From: Eledone cirrhosa | Lineage: Eukaryota | NCBI GenBank assembly: GCA_964016885.1 | Contig: OZ024741.1 | Coordinates: 255,502,001-255,566,000 of the forward strand | DNA length: 64,000 bases | Direction: 5' to 3' | Shown here: piece after piece, positions 40,330 through 54,854 of the stretch | Position numbering within the stretch: the first letter of the stretch is position 1 | Layout: each line of letters begins with the position of its first letter | The notes under the pieces: model-generated | Told to the model about the DNA's origin: nothing | The model's input: the letters and a program-made list of their open reading frames with translations, nothing else | Database searches by the model: none | Position numbers and translations under genes: made by a program

Positions 40330-41938
40330 GTTTCGCTTTACGAGTGTTTCGACTTACGAGTGTTTCGACATACGAGTGTTTCGACTTACGAATGTTTTTG
40401 CTTACGGGTGTTTCGACTTACGAATGTTTTTGCTTACGAGTGTTTCGGTTTACGAGTGTTCCGACTTACGAGTGTTCCGACTTACGAGTGTTTCGGCTTA
40501 CGAGTGTTTCCGGCTTACGAGTGTTTCAACTTACGAGTGTTCTGTCTTACGAGTGTTCTGATTTACGAATGTTTCGACACACGAGTGTTTCGACTTACGA
40601 GTGTTTTGACTTACGAGTGTTCTGACTTACGAGTGTTCTTACTTACGAGTGTTCCGACTTACGAGTGTTCCGACTTACGAGTGTTCCGACTTACGAGTGT
40701 TTCGGCTTACGAGTGTTTCCGGCTTACGAGTGTTTCAACTTACGAGTGTTCTGACTTACGAGTGTTCTGACTTACGGATGTTTCGACACACGAGTGTTTC
40801 GAATTACGAGTGTTTCGACTTACGAGTGTTTTGACTTACGGGTGTTTTGACATACGAGTGTTTCGATACGAGTGTTTCGACTTACGAGTGTTCTGACTTA
40901 CGAGTGTTCTGATTTACGGATGTTTCGACATACGAGTGTTTCGACTTACGAGTGTTTCGACTTATGAGTGTTTCGACTTACGAGTGTTTCGACTTACGAG
41001 TGTTTCGACTTATGAGTGTTTCGACTTACGAGTGTTTCGGCTTACGAGTGTTTCGACTTACGAGTGTTTTGACTTACGGTGTTTCGGCTTACGAGTGTTT
41101 CGACTTACGAGTGTTTTGACTTACGGCTGTTTTGACATACGAGTGTTTCGATACGAGTGTTCTGACTTACGAGTGTTCTGACTTACGAGTGTTTTGACTT
41201 ACGAGTGTTCTGACTTACGGGTGTTTCGACTTACGAGTATTTTTGGCTTACGAGTGTTTCGACTTACGAGTGTTTTGACTTACGAGTGTTCTGATTTACG
41301 GATGTTTCGACATACGAGTGTTTCGACTTACGAATGTTTCGACTTATGAGTGTTTCGACTTACGAGTGTTTCGGCTTACGAGTGTTTCGACTTACGAGTG
41401 TTTTGACTTACGGTGTTTCGGCTTACGAGTGTTTCGACTTACGAGTGTTTTGACTTACGGGTGTTTTGACATACGAGTGTTTCGATACGAGTGTTCTGAC
41501 TTACGAGTGTTTTGACTTACGAGTGTTCTGACTTACGAGTGTTCCGACTTACGAGTGTTCCGACTTACGAGTGTTTCGGCTTACGAGTGTTTCCGGCTTA
41601 CGAGTGTTTCGACTTCCGAGTGTTTTGACTTACGGTGTTTCGGCTTACGAGTGATTCGACTTACGAGTGTTTTGACTTACGAGTGTTTCGACTTACGAGT
41701 GTTCCGACTTACGGGTGTTTCGACTTACGAGTGTTTTGGCTTACGGTGTTTCGACTTACGAGTGTTTCGAGTTAAGAGTGTTTTGACTTACGAGTGTTCT
41801 GATTTACGAGTGTTCTGACTTACGAGTGTTCTAACTTACGAGTGTTCTGACTTACGAGTGTTCTGACTTACGAGTGTTCCGACTTTACGAGTGTTTCGGC
41901 TCACGAATGTTTCGGCTTACGAGTGTTTCGACTTACGA

Positions 41939-42007
41939 AAATAACAAATAGACGCGGTTTCAAATCTCTATGCTTTTCAAATTCATTACATTAATCTTTA
42001 TTTATAC
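41939..42007 (+). repeat. 69-bp AT-rich interspersed segment
   Basis: Matches the reference copy; equals 27414 + 14,525. Confidence 0.95.
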
Positions 42008-44275
42008 GTTTCGCTTTACGAGTGTTTCGACTTACGAGTGTTTCGACTTCCGAGTGTTTTGACTTACGGTGTTTCGGCTTACGAGTGTTTCTGGCTTACG
42101 AGTGTTTCGACTTACGAGTGTTTCGACTTACGAGTGTTCCGACTTACGGGTGTTTTGACATACGAGTGTTTCGATACGAGTGTTCTGACTTACGAGTGTT
42201 TTGACTTACGAGTGTTCTGACTTACGAGTGTTCCGACTTACGAGTGTTCCGACTTACGAGTGTTTCGGCTTACGAGTGATTCGACTTACGAGTGTTTTGA
42301 CTTACGGGTGATTTGACTTACTGGTGTTGTGAATTTCGAGTGTTCCGATTTACGAGTGTTTTGACTTACGGTGTTTCGGCTTACGAGTGATTCGACTTAC
42401 GAATGTTTTGACTTACGGGTGTTTCGGCTTGCGAGTGTTTCGACTTACGAGTGTTTCGGCTTATGGGTGTTTCGACTTACTAATGTTTTTACTTACGAGT
42501 GTTTCGGCGTACGAGTGTTTTGACTTACGAGTGTTTCGACTTACGAGTGTTTCGACTTACGAGTGTTTCGACTTACGAGTGTTTCGGCTTACGTGAGTTT
42601 CGACTTAAGAGTGTTCTGATTTACGAGTGTTCTGACTTGCGGGTGTTCTGATTTACGAGTGTTCCGACTTACGAGTGTTTCGGCTTATTAGTGTTTCGAC
42701 TTACGAGTGTTTCGGCTTACGAGTGTTTCGACTTATGGGTGTTTCGACTTACGAGTGTTTTTACTTACGGTGTTTCGGCTTACGAGTGTTTCGACATACG
42801 AGTGTTTTGACTTACGGGTGTTTCGACTTACGAGTGTTTTGACTTACGAATGTTTTGACTTACGGGTGTTTCGGCTTACGAGTGTTTCGACTTACGATTG
42901 TTTCGACTTACGAGTCTTTCGGCTTACGAGTGTTTCGACTTACTAATGTTCTTACGAGTGTTTCGGCGTACGAGAGTTTTGACTTACGAGTGTTTCGACT
43001 GACGAGTGTTTCGACTTACGAGTGTTTTGACTTACGAATGTTTTGACTTACGGGTGTTTCGGCTGACGATTGTTTCGACTTACGAGTCTTTCGGCTTACG
43101 AGTGTTTCGACTTACTAATGTTTTTACTTACGAGTGTTTCGGCGTACGAGTGTTTCGACTTACGAGTGTTTCGACTTACGGGTGTTTTGACTTACGGGTG
43201 TTTCGGCTTACGAGTGTTTTGACTTACGAGTGTTTTGACTTAAGGGTGTTTCGACTTACGAGTATTTTTGGCTTACGAGTGTTTCGACTTACGAGTGTTT
43301 TGACTTACGAGTGTTCTGATTTACGGATGTTTCGACATACGAGTGTTTCGACTTACGAGTGTTTCGACTTATGAGTGTTTCGACTTACGAGTGTTTCGGC
43401 TTATGAGTGTTTCGACTTACGATTGCTTCGGCTTACGAGTGTTTCGACTTACGAGTATTTCGGCTTACGAGTGTTTCGACGTACGAATGTTTTGGCTTAC
43501 GAGTGTTTCGGCTTATGAGTGTTTCGGCTTACGAGTGTTTCGACTTACGAGTGTTTCGGCTTACGAGTGTTTCAGTGTTTCGGCTTACGTGTGTTTCGAC
43601 TTACGAGTGTTTCGACTTACGAGTGTTTTGACTTACGAGTGTTCTGATTTACGGATGTTTCGACATACGAGTGTTTCGACTTACGAGTGTTTCGACTTAT
43701 GAGTGTTTCGACTTACGAGTGTTTCGACTTACGAGTGTTTCGGCTTGTGATTGTTTCGACTTACGAGTGTTTTGACTTACGGTGTTTCAGCTTACGAGTG
43801 TTTCGACTTACGAGTGTTCTGACTTACGAGTGTTCTGAGTTACGAGTGTTTTGACTTACGAGTGTTCTGACTTACGAGTGTTCCGACTTACGAGTGTTCC
43901 GACTTACGAGTGTTTCGGCTTACGAGTGTTTTGACTTAAGGGTGTTTCGACTTACGAGTGTTTCGATACGAGTGTTTCGACTTACGAGTGTTTCGGCTTA
44001 CGAGTGTTTCGACTTACGAGTGTTTCGACTTACGAGTGTTCCGACTTACGGGTGTTTCGACTTACGAGTGTATTGGCTTACGGTGTTTCGACTTACGAGT
44101 GTTTCGAGTTAAGAGTGTTTTGACATACGAGTGTTCTGATTTACGAGTGTTCTGACTTACGAGTGTTCTGACTTACGAGTGTTCTGACTTACGAGTGTTC
44201 TGACTTACGAGTGTTCCGACTTTACGAGTGTTTCGGCTCACGAGTGTTTCGGCTTACGAGTGTTTCGACTTACGA

Positions 44276-44603
44276 AAATAACAAATAGACGCGGTTTCAA
44301 ATCTCTATGCTTTTCAAATTCATTACATTAATCTTTATTTATACGTTTCGCTTTACGAGTGTTTCGACTTACGAGTGTTTCGACATACGAGTGTTTCGGC
44401 TTACGAGTGTTTTGATTTACGAGTGTTTTGACTTACGGGTGCTTCGACTTACGCGTGTTTCGACTTACGAGTGTTTCGACTTACGAGTGTTTCGACTTAC
44501 GAGTGTTTCGGCTTACGAGTGTTTCGACTTACGAAAATAACAAATAGACGCGGTTTCAAATCTCTATGCTTTTCCAATTCATTACATTAATCTTTATTTA
44601 TAC
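44276..44603 (+). repeat. Doublet of 69-bp segments (44276-44344 and 44535-44603)
   Basis: 259-bp spacing, CCAATTC second copy; equals 29751 + 14,525. Confidence 0.95.
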
Positions 44604-47600
44604 GTTTCGCTTTACGAGTGTTTCGACTTACGAGTGTTTTGACTTACGAATGTTTTGACTTACGATTGTTTCGGCTTACGAGTGTTTCGACTTACGAGTG
44701 TTCTGACTACGAGTGTTCTGACTTACGGGTGTTCTGACTTACGAGTGTTCCGACTTACGAGTGTTTCGGCTTATGAGTGTTTCGACTTACGAGTGCTTCG
44801 ACTTACGAGTGTTTCGGCTTACGGGTGTTTTGACTTACGAATGTTTTTGCTTACGAGTGTTTCGGCTTACGAGTGTTTCGGCTTATGAGTGTTTCGACTT
44901 ACGAGTGTTTTGACTTACGGGTGTTTTGACATACGAGTGTTTCGATACGATTGTTCTGACTTACGAGTGTTTCCGCTTACGAGTGTTTCGGCTTACGAGT
45001 GTTTCGACTTACTAATGTTTTTACTTACGAGTGTTTCGGTGTACGAGTGTTTCGACTTAAGGATGTTTCGACTTACGAGTGTTTCGACTTACGAGTGTTT
45101 CGACTTACGAGTGTTTCGACTTACGAGTGTTTCGGCTTATGAGTGTTTCGACTTACGGGCGTTTCGACTTACGGGTGTTTCGACTTACGAGTGTTTTGGC
45201 TTACGAATGTTTTGACTTACGGGTGTTTCGACTTACGAGTGTTTCGACTTATGAGTGTTTGGACTTACGAGTGTTTCGGCTTATGAGTGTTTCGACTTAC
45301 GAGTGCTTCGGCTTACGAGTGTTTCGACTGACGAGTATTTCGGCTTACGAGTGTTTCGACGTACGAATGTTTTGGCTTACGAGTGTTTCGGCTTATGAGT
45401 GTTTCGGCTTACGAGTGTTTCGACTTACGAGGGTTTCGGCTTACGAGTGTTTCAGTGTTTCGGCTTACGTGTGTTTCGACTTACGAGTGTTTCGACTTAC
45501 GACTGTTTCGGCTTACGAGTGTTTCGGCTTACGAGTGTTTCGGCTTACGAGTGTTTTGACTTACGATTGTTTGGCTTACGAGTGTTCTGACTTACGGGTG
45601 TTCTGACTTACGAGTGTTCCGACTTACGAGTGTTTCGGCTTATGAGGGTTTCGACTTACGAGTGCTTCGGCTTACGAGTGTTTCGACTTAAGAGTGTTTC
45701 GGCTTACGAGTGTTTCGACTTACGAGTGTTTTGACTTACGGTGTTTCGGCTTACGAGTGTTTCGACATACGAGTGTTTTGACGTACGGGTGTTTCGACTT
45801 ACGGGTCTTTCGACTTAAGAGTTTTTCGACTTACGAGCGCTTCGACTTACGAGTGTTTCGACTTACGAGTGTTTCGGCGTATGAGTGTTTTGACTTACGA
45901 GTGTTTCGACTTACGAGTGTTTCGACTTACGAGTGTTTCGAATTACGAGTGTTTCGACTTACGAGTGTTTTGACTTACGAGTGTTTTGACTTACGGTGTT
46001 TCTGCTTACGAGTGTTTCGACTTTCGAGTGTTATGACTTACGGGTGTTTTGACATACGAGTGTTTCGACTTACGAGTCTTACGGCTTACGAGTGTTTCGA
46101 CTTACTAATGTTTTTACTTACGAGTGTTTCGGCGTACGAGTGTTTCGACTTCCGAGTGTTTCGACTTACAGGTGTTTTGACTTACGGGTGTTTCGGCTTA
46201 CGAGTGTTTTGACTTACGAGTGTTTTGACTTAAGGGTGTTTCGACTTACGAGTATTTTTGGCTTACGAGTGTTTCGACTTACGAGTGTTTTGACTTACGA
46301 GTGTTCTGATTTACGGATGTTTCGACACACGAGTGTTTCGAATTACGAGTGTTTCGACTTACGAGTGTTTTGACTTACGGGTGTTTTGACATACGAGTGT
46401 TTCGATACGAGTGTTTCGACTTATGAGTGTTTCGACTTACGAGTGTTCTGACTTACGAGTGTTCTGACTTACGAGTGTTCTGATTTACGGATGTTTCGAC
46501 ACACGAGTGTTTCGATACGAGTGTTTCGACTTACGAGTGTTTCGACTTATGAGTGTTTCGACTTACGAGTGTTCTGACTTACGAGTGTTCTGACTTACGA
46601 GTGTTCCGACTTACGAGTGTTTCGGTTTACGAGTGTTTCGACATACGAGTGTTTTGACTTACGGGTGTTTCGACTTACGGGTGTTTCGACTTACGAGTGT
46701 TTTGGCTTACGAGTGTTTCGACTTACTAATGTTTTTACTTACGAGTGTTTCGGTGTACGAATGTTTTGACTTAAGGATGTTTCGACTTACGAGTGTTTCG
46801 ACTTACGAGTGTTTCGGCTTACGTGAGTTTCGACTTAAGATTGTTCTGATTTACGAGTGTTCTGACTTACGAGTGTTTCGGCTTATGAGTGTTTCGACTT
46901 ACGAGTGTTTCGGCTTACGAGTGTTTCGACTTATGGGTGTTTCGACTTACGAGTGTTTTTACTTACGGTGTTTCGGCTTACGAGTGTTTCGACATACGAG
47001 TGTTTTGACTTACGTGTGTTTCGGCTTACGAGTGTTTCGACTTACGAGTGTTTTGACTTACGGGTGTTTCGACTTACGAGTATTTTTGGCTTACGAGTGT
47101 TTCGACTTACGGTGTTTCGGCTTACGAGTGTTTCGACTTACGAGTGTTTTGACTTACGGGTGTTTTGACATACGAGTATTTCGATACGAGTGTTCTGACT
47201 TACGAGTGTTCTGACTTACGAGTGTTTTGACTTACGAGTGTTCTGACTTACGAGTGTTCCGACTTACGAGTGTTCCGACTTACGAGTGTTTCGGCTTACG
47301 AGTGTTTACGGCTTACGAGTGTTTCGACTTCCGAGTGTTTTGACTTACGGTGTTTCGGCTTACGAGTGATTCGACTTACGAGTGTTTTGACTTACGGGTG
47401 ATTTGACTTACGGGTGTTGTGAATTACGAGCGTTGCGATTTACTAGTGTTTTGACTTACGGTGTTTCGGCTTACGAGTGATTCGACTTACGAATGTTTTG
47501 ACTTACGGCTGTTTCGGCTTGCGAGTGTTTCGACTTACGAGTGTTTCGGCTTATGGGTGTTTCGACTTACTAATGTTTTTACTTACGAGTGTTTCGGCGT

Positions 47601-50600
47601 ACGAGTGTTTTGACTTACGAGTGTTTCGACTTACGAGTGTTTCGACTGACGAGTGTTTCGGCTTACGTGAGTTTCGACTTAAGAGTGTTCTGATTTACGA
47701 GTGTTCTGACTTGCGGGTGTTCTGATTTACGAGTGTTCCGACTTACGAGTGTTTCGGCTTATTAGTGTTTCGACTTACGAGTGTTTCGGCTTACGAGTGT
47801 TTCGACTTATGGGTGTTTCGACTTACGAGTGTTTTTACTTACGGTGTTTCGGCTTACGAGTGTTTCGACATACGAGTGTTTTGACTTACGGGTGTTTCGA
47901 CTTACGAGTGTTTTGACTTACGAATGTTTTGACTTACGGGTGTTTCGGCTTACGAGTGTTTCGACTTACGAGTGTTTCGGCTTACGAGTGTTTCGACTTA
48001 CTAATGTTCTTACTTACGAATGTTTCGGCGTACGAGAGTTTTGACTTACGAGTGTTTCGACTTACGAGTGTTTCGACTTACGAGTGTTTTAACTTACGAA
48101 TGTTTTGACTTACGGGTGTTTCGGCTTACGAGTGTTTCGACTTACGAGTCTTTCGGCTTACGAGTGTTTCGACTTACTAATGTTTTTACTTACGAGTGTT
48201 TCGGCGTAGAGTGTTTCGACTTACGAGTGTTTCGACTTACGGGTGTTTTGACTTACGGGTGTTTCGGCTTACGAGTGTTTTGACTTACGAGTGTTTTGAC
48301 TTAAGGGTGTTTCGACTTACGAGTATTTTTGGCTTACGAGTGTTTCGACTTACGAGTGTTTTGACTTACGAGTGTTCTGATTTACGGATGTTTCGACATA
48401 CGAGTGTTTCGACTTACGAGTGTTTCGACTTATGACTGTTTCGACTTACGAGTGTTTCGGCTTATGAGTGTTTCGACTTACGAGTGCTTCGGCTTACGAG
48501 TGTTTCGACTTACGAGTATTTCGGCTTTCGAGTGTTTCGACGTAAGAATGTTTTGGCTTACGAGTGTTTCGGCTTATGAGTGTTTCGGCTTACGAGTGTT
48601 TCGACTTACGAGTGTTTCGGCTTACGAGTGTTTCAGTGTTTCGGCTTACGTGTGTTTCGACTTACGAGTGTTTCGACTTACGACTGTTTCGGCTTACGAG
48701 TGTTTCGGCTTACGAGTGTTTCGACTTACGAGTGTTTTGACTTACGAATGTTTTGACTTACGGGTGTTTCGGCTTACGAGTGTTTCGACTTACGAGTCTT
48801 TCGGCTTACGAGTGTTTCGACTTACTAATGTTTTTACTTACGAGTGTTTCGGCGTACGAGTGTTTCGACTTACGAGTGTTTCGACTTACGGGTGTTTTGA
48901 CTTACGGGTGTTTCGGCTTACGAGTGTTTTGACTTACGAGTGTTTTGACTTACGAGTGTTCTGATTTACGGATGTTTCGACATACGAGTGTTTCGACTTA
49001 CGAGTGTTTCGACTTACTAATGTTCTTACTTACGAGTGTTTCGGCGTACGAGAGTTTTGACTTACGAGTGTTTCGACTTACGAGTGTTTCGACTTACGAG
49101 TGTTTTGACTTACGAATGTTTTGACTTACGGGTGTTTCGGCTAACGAGTGTTTCGACTTACGAGTCTTTCGGCTTACGAGTGTTTCGACTTACTAATGTT
49201 TTTACTTACGAGTGTTTCGGCGTACGAGTGTTTCGACTTACGAGTGTTTCGACTTACGGGTGTTTTGACTTACGGGTGTTTCGGCTTACGAGTGTTTTGA
49301 CTTACGAGTGTTTTGACTTAAGGTTGTTTCGACTGACGAGTATTTTTGGCTTACGAGTGTTTCGACTTACGAGTTTTTGACTTACGAGTGTTCTGATTCA
49401 CGGATGTTTCGACATACGAGTGTTTCGACTTACGAGTGTTTCGACTTATGAGTGTTTCGACTTACGAGTGTTTCGGCTTATGAGTGTTTCGACTTACGAG
49501 TGCTTCGGCTTACGAGTGTTTCGACTTACGAGTATTTCGGCTTACGAGTGTTTCGACGTACGAATGTTTTGGCTTACGAGTGTTTCGGCTTATGAGTGTT
49601 TCGGCTTACGAGTGTTTCGACTTACGAGTGTTTCGGCTTACGAGTGTTTCAGTGTTTCGGCTTACGTGTGTTTCGACTTACGATTGTTTCGACTTACGAC
49701 TGTTTCGGCTTACGAGTGTTTCGGCTTGCGAGTGTTTTAGGCTTACGAGTGTTTTGACTTACGAGTGTTTTGACTTACGATTGTTTGGCTTACGAGTGTT
49801 CTGACTTACGGGTGTTCTGACTTTCGAATGTTCCGACTTACGAGTGTTTCGGCTTATGAGGGTTTCGACTTACGAGTGCTTCGGCTTACGAGTGTTTCGA
49901 CTTACGAGTGTTTCGGCTTACGAGTGTTTCGACTTACGAGTGTTTCGACTTACGAGTGTTTTGACTTACGGTGTTTCGGCTTACGAGTGTTTCGACATAC
50001 GAGTGTTTTGACGTACGGGTGTTTCGACTTACGGGTCTTTCGACTTAAGAGTGTTTCGACTTACGAGCGCTTCGACTTACGAGTGTTTCGACTTACGAGT
50101 GTTTCGGCGTATGAGTGTTTTGACTTACGAGTGTTTCGACTTACGAGTGTTTCGAATTACGAGTGTTTCGACTTACGAGTGTTTTGACTTACGAGTGTTT
50201 TGACTTCGGTGTTTCTGCTTACGAGTGTTTCGACTTACGAGTGATATGACTTACGGGTGTTTTCACATACGAGTGTTTCGACTTACGAGTGTTTTGACTT
50301 ACGGGTGTTTTGACATACGAGTGTTTCGATACGAGTGTTCTGACTTACGAGTGTTCTGACTTACGAGTGTTCTGACTTACGAGTGTTTCGACATACGAGT
50401 GTTTTGACTTACGGGTGTTTCGACTTACGAGTGTTTTCACTTACGAATGTTTTGACTTACGGGTGTTTCGGCTTACGAGTGTTTCGACTTACGAGTGTTT
50501 CGGCTTACGAGTGTTTCGACTTACTAATATTTTTACTTACGAGTGTTTCGGCGTACGAGAGTTTTGACTTACGCGTGTTTCGACTTACGAGTGTTTCGAC

Positions 50601-51578
50601 TTACGAGTATTTTGACTTACGAATGTTTTGACTTACGGGTGTTTCGGCTTACGAGTGTTTCGACTTACGAGTCTTTCGGCTTACGAGTGTTTCGACTTAC
50701 TAATGTTTTTACTTACGAGTGTTTCGGCGTACGAGTGTTTCGACTTCCGAGTGTTTCGACTTACGGGTGTTTTGACTGACGGGTGTATCGGCTTACGAGT
50801 GTTTTGACTTACGAGTGTTTTGACTTAAGGGTGTTTCGACTTACGAGTATTTTTGGCTTACGAGTGTTTCGACTTACGAGTGTTTTGACTTACGAGTGTT
50901 CTGATTTACGGATGTTTCGACATACGAGTGTTTCGACTTACGAGTGTTTCGACTTATGAGTGTTTCGACTTACGAGTGTTTCGACTTACGAGTGTTTCGG
51001 CTTGTGATTGTTTCGACTTACGAGTGTTTTGACTTACGGTGTTTCAGCTTACGAGTGTTTCGACTTACGAGTGTTTTGACTTACGGGTGTTTTGACATAC
51101 GAGTGTTTCGATACGAGTGTTCTGACTTACGAGTGTTCTGACTTACGAGTGTTTTGACTTACGAGTGTTCTGACTTACGAGTGTTCCGACTTACGAGTGT
51201 TCCGACTTACGAGTGTTTCGGCTTACGAGTGTTTTGACTTAAGGGTGTTTCGACTTACGAGTGTTTCGATACGAGTGTTTCGACTTACGAGTGTTTCGGC
51301 TTACGAGTGTTTCGACTTGCGAGTGTTTCGACTTACGAGTGTTCCGACTTACGGGTGTTTCGACTTACGAGTGTTTTGGCTTACGGTGTTTCGACTTACG
51401 AGTGTTTCGAGTTAAGAGTGTTTTGACTTACGAGTGTTCTGATTTACGAGTGTTCTGACTTACGAGTGTTCTGACTTACGAGTGTTCTGACTTACGAGTG
51501 TTCTGACTTACGAGTGTTCCGACTTTACGAGTGTTTCGGCTCACGAATGTTTCGGCTTACGAGTGTTTCGACTTACGA

Positions 51579-51647
51579 AAATAACAAATAGACGCGGTTT
51601 CAAATCTCTATGCTTTTCAAATTCATTACATTAATCTTTATTTATAC
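51579..51647 (+). repeat. 69-bp AT-rich interspersed segment
   Basis: Matches the reference copy; equals 37054 + 14,525. Confidence 0.95.
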
Positions 51648-54600
51648 GTTTCGCTTTACGAGTGTTTCGACTTACGAGTGTTTCGACATACGAGTGTTTC
51701 GACTTACGAATGTTTTTGCTTACGGGTGTTTCGACTTACGAATGTTTTTGCTTACGAGTGTTTCGGTTTACGAGTGTTCCGACTTACGAGTGTTCCGACT
51801 TACGAGTGTTTCGGCTTACGAGTGTTTCCGGCTTACGAGTGTTTTGACTTACGGGTGTTTTGACATACGAGTGTTTCGATACGAGTGTTTCGACTTACGA
51901 GTGTTCTGACTTACGAGTGTTCTGATTTACGGATGTTTCGACATACGAGTGTTTCGACTTACGAGTGTTTCGACTTATGAGTGTTTCGACTTACGAGTGT
52001 TTCGGCTTACGAGTGTTTCGACTTACGAGTGTTTTGACTTACGGTGTTTCGGCTTACGAGTGTTTCGACTTACGAGTGTTTTGACTTACGGGTGTTTTGA
52101 CATACGAGTGTTTCGATACGAGTGTTCTGACTTACGAGTGTTCTGACTTACGAGTGTTCTGACTTACGAGTGTTCTGACTTACGAGTGTTCTGATTTACG
52201 GATGTTTCGACATACGAGTGTTTCGACTTACGAGTGTTTCGACGTATGAGTGTTTCGACTTACGAGTGTTTCGGCTTACGAGTGTTTCGACTTACGAGTG
52301 TTTTGACTTACGGTGTTTCGGCTTACGAGTGTTTCGACTTACGAGTGTTTTGACTTACGGGTGTTTTGACATACGAGTGTTTCGATACGAGTGTTCTGAC
52401 TTACGAGTGTTCTGACTTACGAGTGTTTTGACTTACGAGTGTTCTGACTTACGGGTGTTTCGACTTACGAGTATTTTTGGCTTACGAGTGTTTCGACTTA
52501 CGAGTGTTTTGACTTACGAGTGTTCTGATTTACGGATGTTTCGACATACGAGTGTTTCGACTTACGAATGTTTCGACTTATGAGTGTTTCGACTTACGGT
52601 GTTTCGGCTTACGAGTGTTTCGACTTACGAGTGTTTTGACTTACGGGTGTTTTGACATACGAGTGTTTCGATACGAGTGTTCTGACTTACGAGTGTTCTG
52701 ACTTACGAGTGTTTTGACTTACGAGTGTTCTGACTTACGAGTGTTCCGACTTACGAGTGTTCCGACTTACGAGTGTTTCGGCTTACGAGTGTTTCCGGCT
52801 TACGAGTGTTTCGACTTCCGAGTGTTTTGACTTACGGTGTTTCGGCTTACGAGTGATTCGACTTACGAGTGTTTTGACTTACGGGTGTTTCGACTTACGG
52901 GTGTTGTGAATTTCGAGTGTTCCGATTTACGAGTGTTTTGACTTACGGTGTTTCGGCTTACGAGTGATTCGACTTACGAATGTTTTGACTTACGGGTGTT
53001 TCGGCTTGCGAGTGTTTCGACTTACGAGTGTTTCGGCTTATGGGTGTTTCGACTTACTAATGTTTTTACTTACGAGTGTTTCGGCGTACGAGTGTTTTGA
53101 CTTACGAGTGTTTCGACTTACGAGTGTTTCGACTTACGAGTGTTTCGACTTACGAGTGTTTCGGCTTACGTGAGTTTCGACTTAAGAGTGTTCTGATTTA
53201 CGAGTGTTCTGACTTGCGGGTGTTCTGATTTACGAGTGTTCCGACTTACGAGTGTTTCGGCTTATTAGTGTTTCGACTTATGGGTGTTTCGACTTGCGAG
53301 TGTTTTTACTTACGGTGTTTCGGCTTACGAGTGTTTCGACATACGAGTGTTTTGACTTACGGGTGTTTCGACTTACGAGTGTTTTGACTTACGAATGTTT
53401 TGACTTACGGGTGTTTCGGCTTACGAGTGTTTCGACTTACGAGTGTTTAGGCTTACGAGTGTTTCGACTTACTAATGTTCTTACGAGTGTTTCGGCGTAC
53501 GAGAGTTTTGACTTACGAGTGTTTCGACTGACGAGTGTTTCGACTTACGAGTGTTTTGACTTACGAATGTTTTGACTTACGGGTGTTTCGGCTGACGATT
53601 GTTTCGACTTACGAGTCTTTCGGCTTACGAGTGTTTCGACTTACTAATGTTTTTACTTACGAGTGTTTCGGCGTACGAGTGTTTCGACTTACGAGTGTTT
53701 CGACTTACGGGTGTTTTGACTTACGGGTGTTTCGGCTTACGAGTGTTTTGACTTACGAGTGTTTTGACTTACGAGTGTTCTGATTTACGGATGTTTCGAC
53801 ATACGAGTGTTTCGACTTACGAGTGTTTCGACTTATGAGTGTTTCGACTTACGAGTGTTTCGGCTTATGAGTGTTTCGACTTACGATTGCTTCGGCTTAC
53901 GAGTGTTTCGACTTACGAGTATTTCGGCTTACGAGTGTTTCGACGTACGAATGTTTTGGCTTACGAGTGTTTCGGCTTATGAGTGTTTCGGCTTACGAGT
54001 GTTTCGACTTACGAGTGTTTCGGCTTACGAGTGTTTCAGTGTTTCGGCTTACGTGTGTTTCGACTTACGAGTGTTTCGACTTACGAGTGTTTTGACTTAC
54101 GAGTGTTCTGATTTACGGATGTTTCGACATACGAGTGTTTCGACTTACGAGTGTTTCGACTTATGAGTGTTTCGACTTACGAGTGTTTCGACTTACGAGT
54201 GTTTCGGCTTGTGATTGTTTCGACTTACGAGTGTTTTGACTTACGGTGTTTCAGCTTACGAGTGTTTCGACTTACGAGTGTTTTGACTTACGGGTGTTTT
54301 GACATACGAGTGTTTCGATATGAGTGTTCTGACTTACGAGTGTTCTGAGTTACGAGTGTTTTGACTTACGAGTGTTCTGACTTACGAGTGTTCCGACTTA
54401 CGAGTGTTCCGTCTTACGAGTGTTTCGGCTTACGAGTGTTTTGACTTAAGGGTGTTTCGACTTACGAGTGTTTCGATACGAGTGTTTCGACTTACGAGTG
54501 TTTCGGCTTACGAGTGTTTCGACTTACGAGTGTTTCGACTTACGAGTGTTCCGACTTACGGGTGTTTCGACTTACGAGTGTTTTGGCTTACGGTGTTTCG

Positions 54601-54785
54601 ACTTACGAGTGTTTCGATTTAAGAGTGTTTTGACTTACGAGTGTTCTGATTTACGAGTGTTCTGACTTACGAGTGTTCTGACTTACGAGTGTTCTAACTT
54701 ACGAGTGTTCTGACTTACGAGTGTTCCGACTTTACGAGTGTTTCGGCTCACGAGTGTTTCGGCTTACGAGTGTTTCGACTTACGA

Positions 54786-54854
54786 AAATAACAAATAGAC
54801 GCGGTTTCAAATCTCTATGCTTTTTAAATTCATTACATTAATCTTTATTAATAC
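54786..54854 (+). repeat. 69-bp AT-rich interspersed segment (TTTTTAAATTC / TATTAATAC variant)
   Basis: Same two substitutions as 40261; offset 14,525. Confidence 0.95.

Larger units (their letters stand above)
26134..40658 (+). repeat. 14,525-bp higher-order repeat, copy 1
   Basis: ORF-track entries from 26411 to 40344 recur with the same translation at +14,525 (26411/40936, 32108/46633, 40292/54817). Boundaries are approximate because they fall inside monomers. Confidence 0.93.
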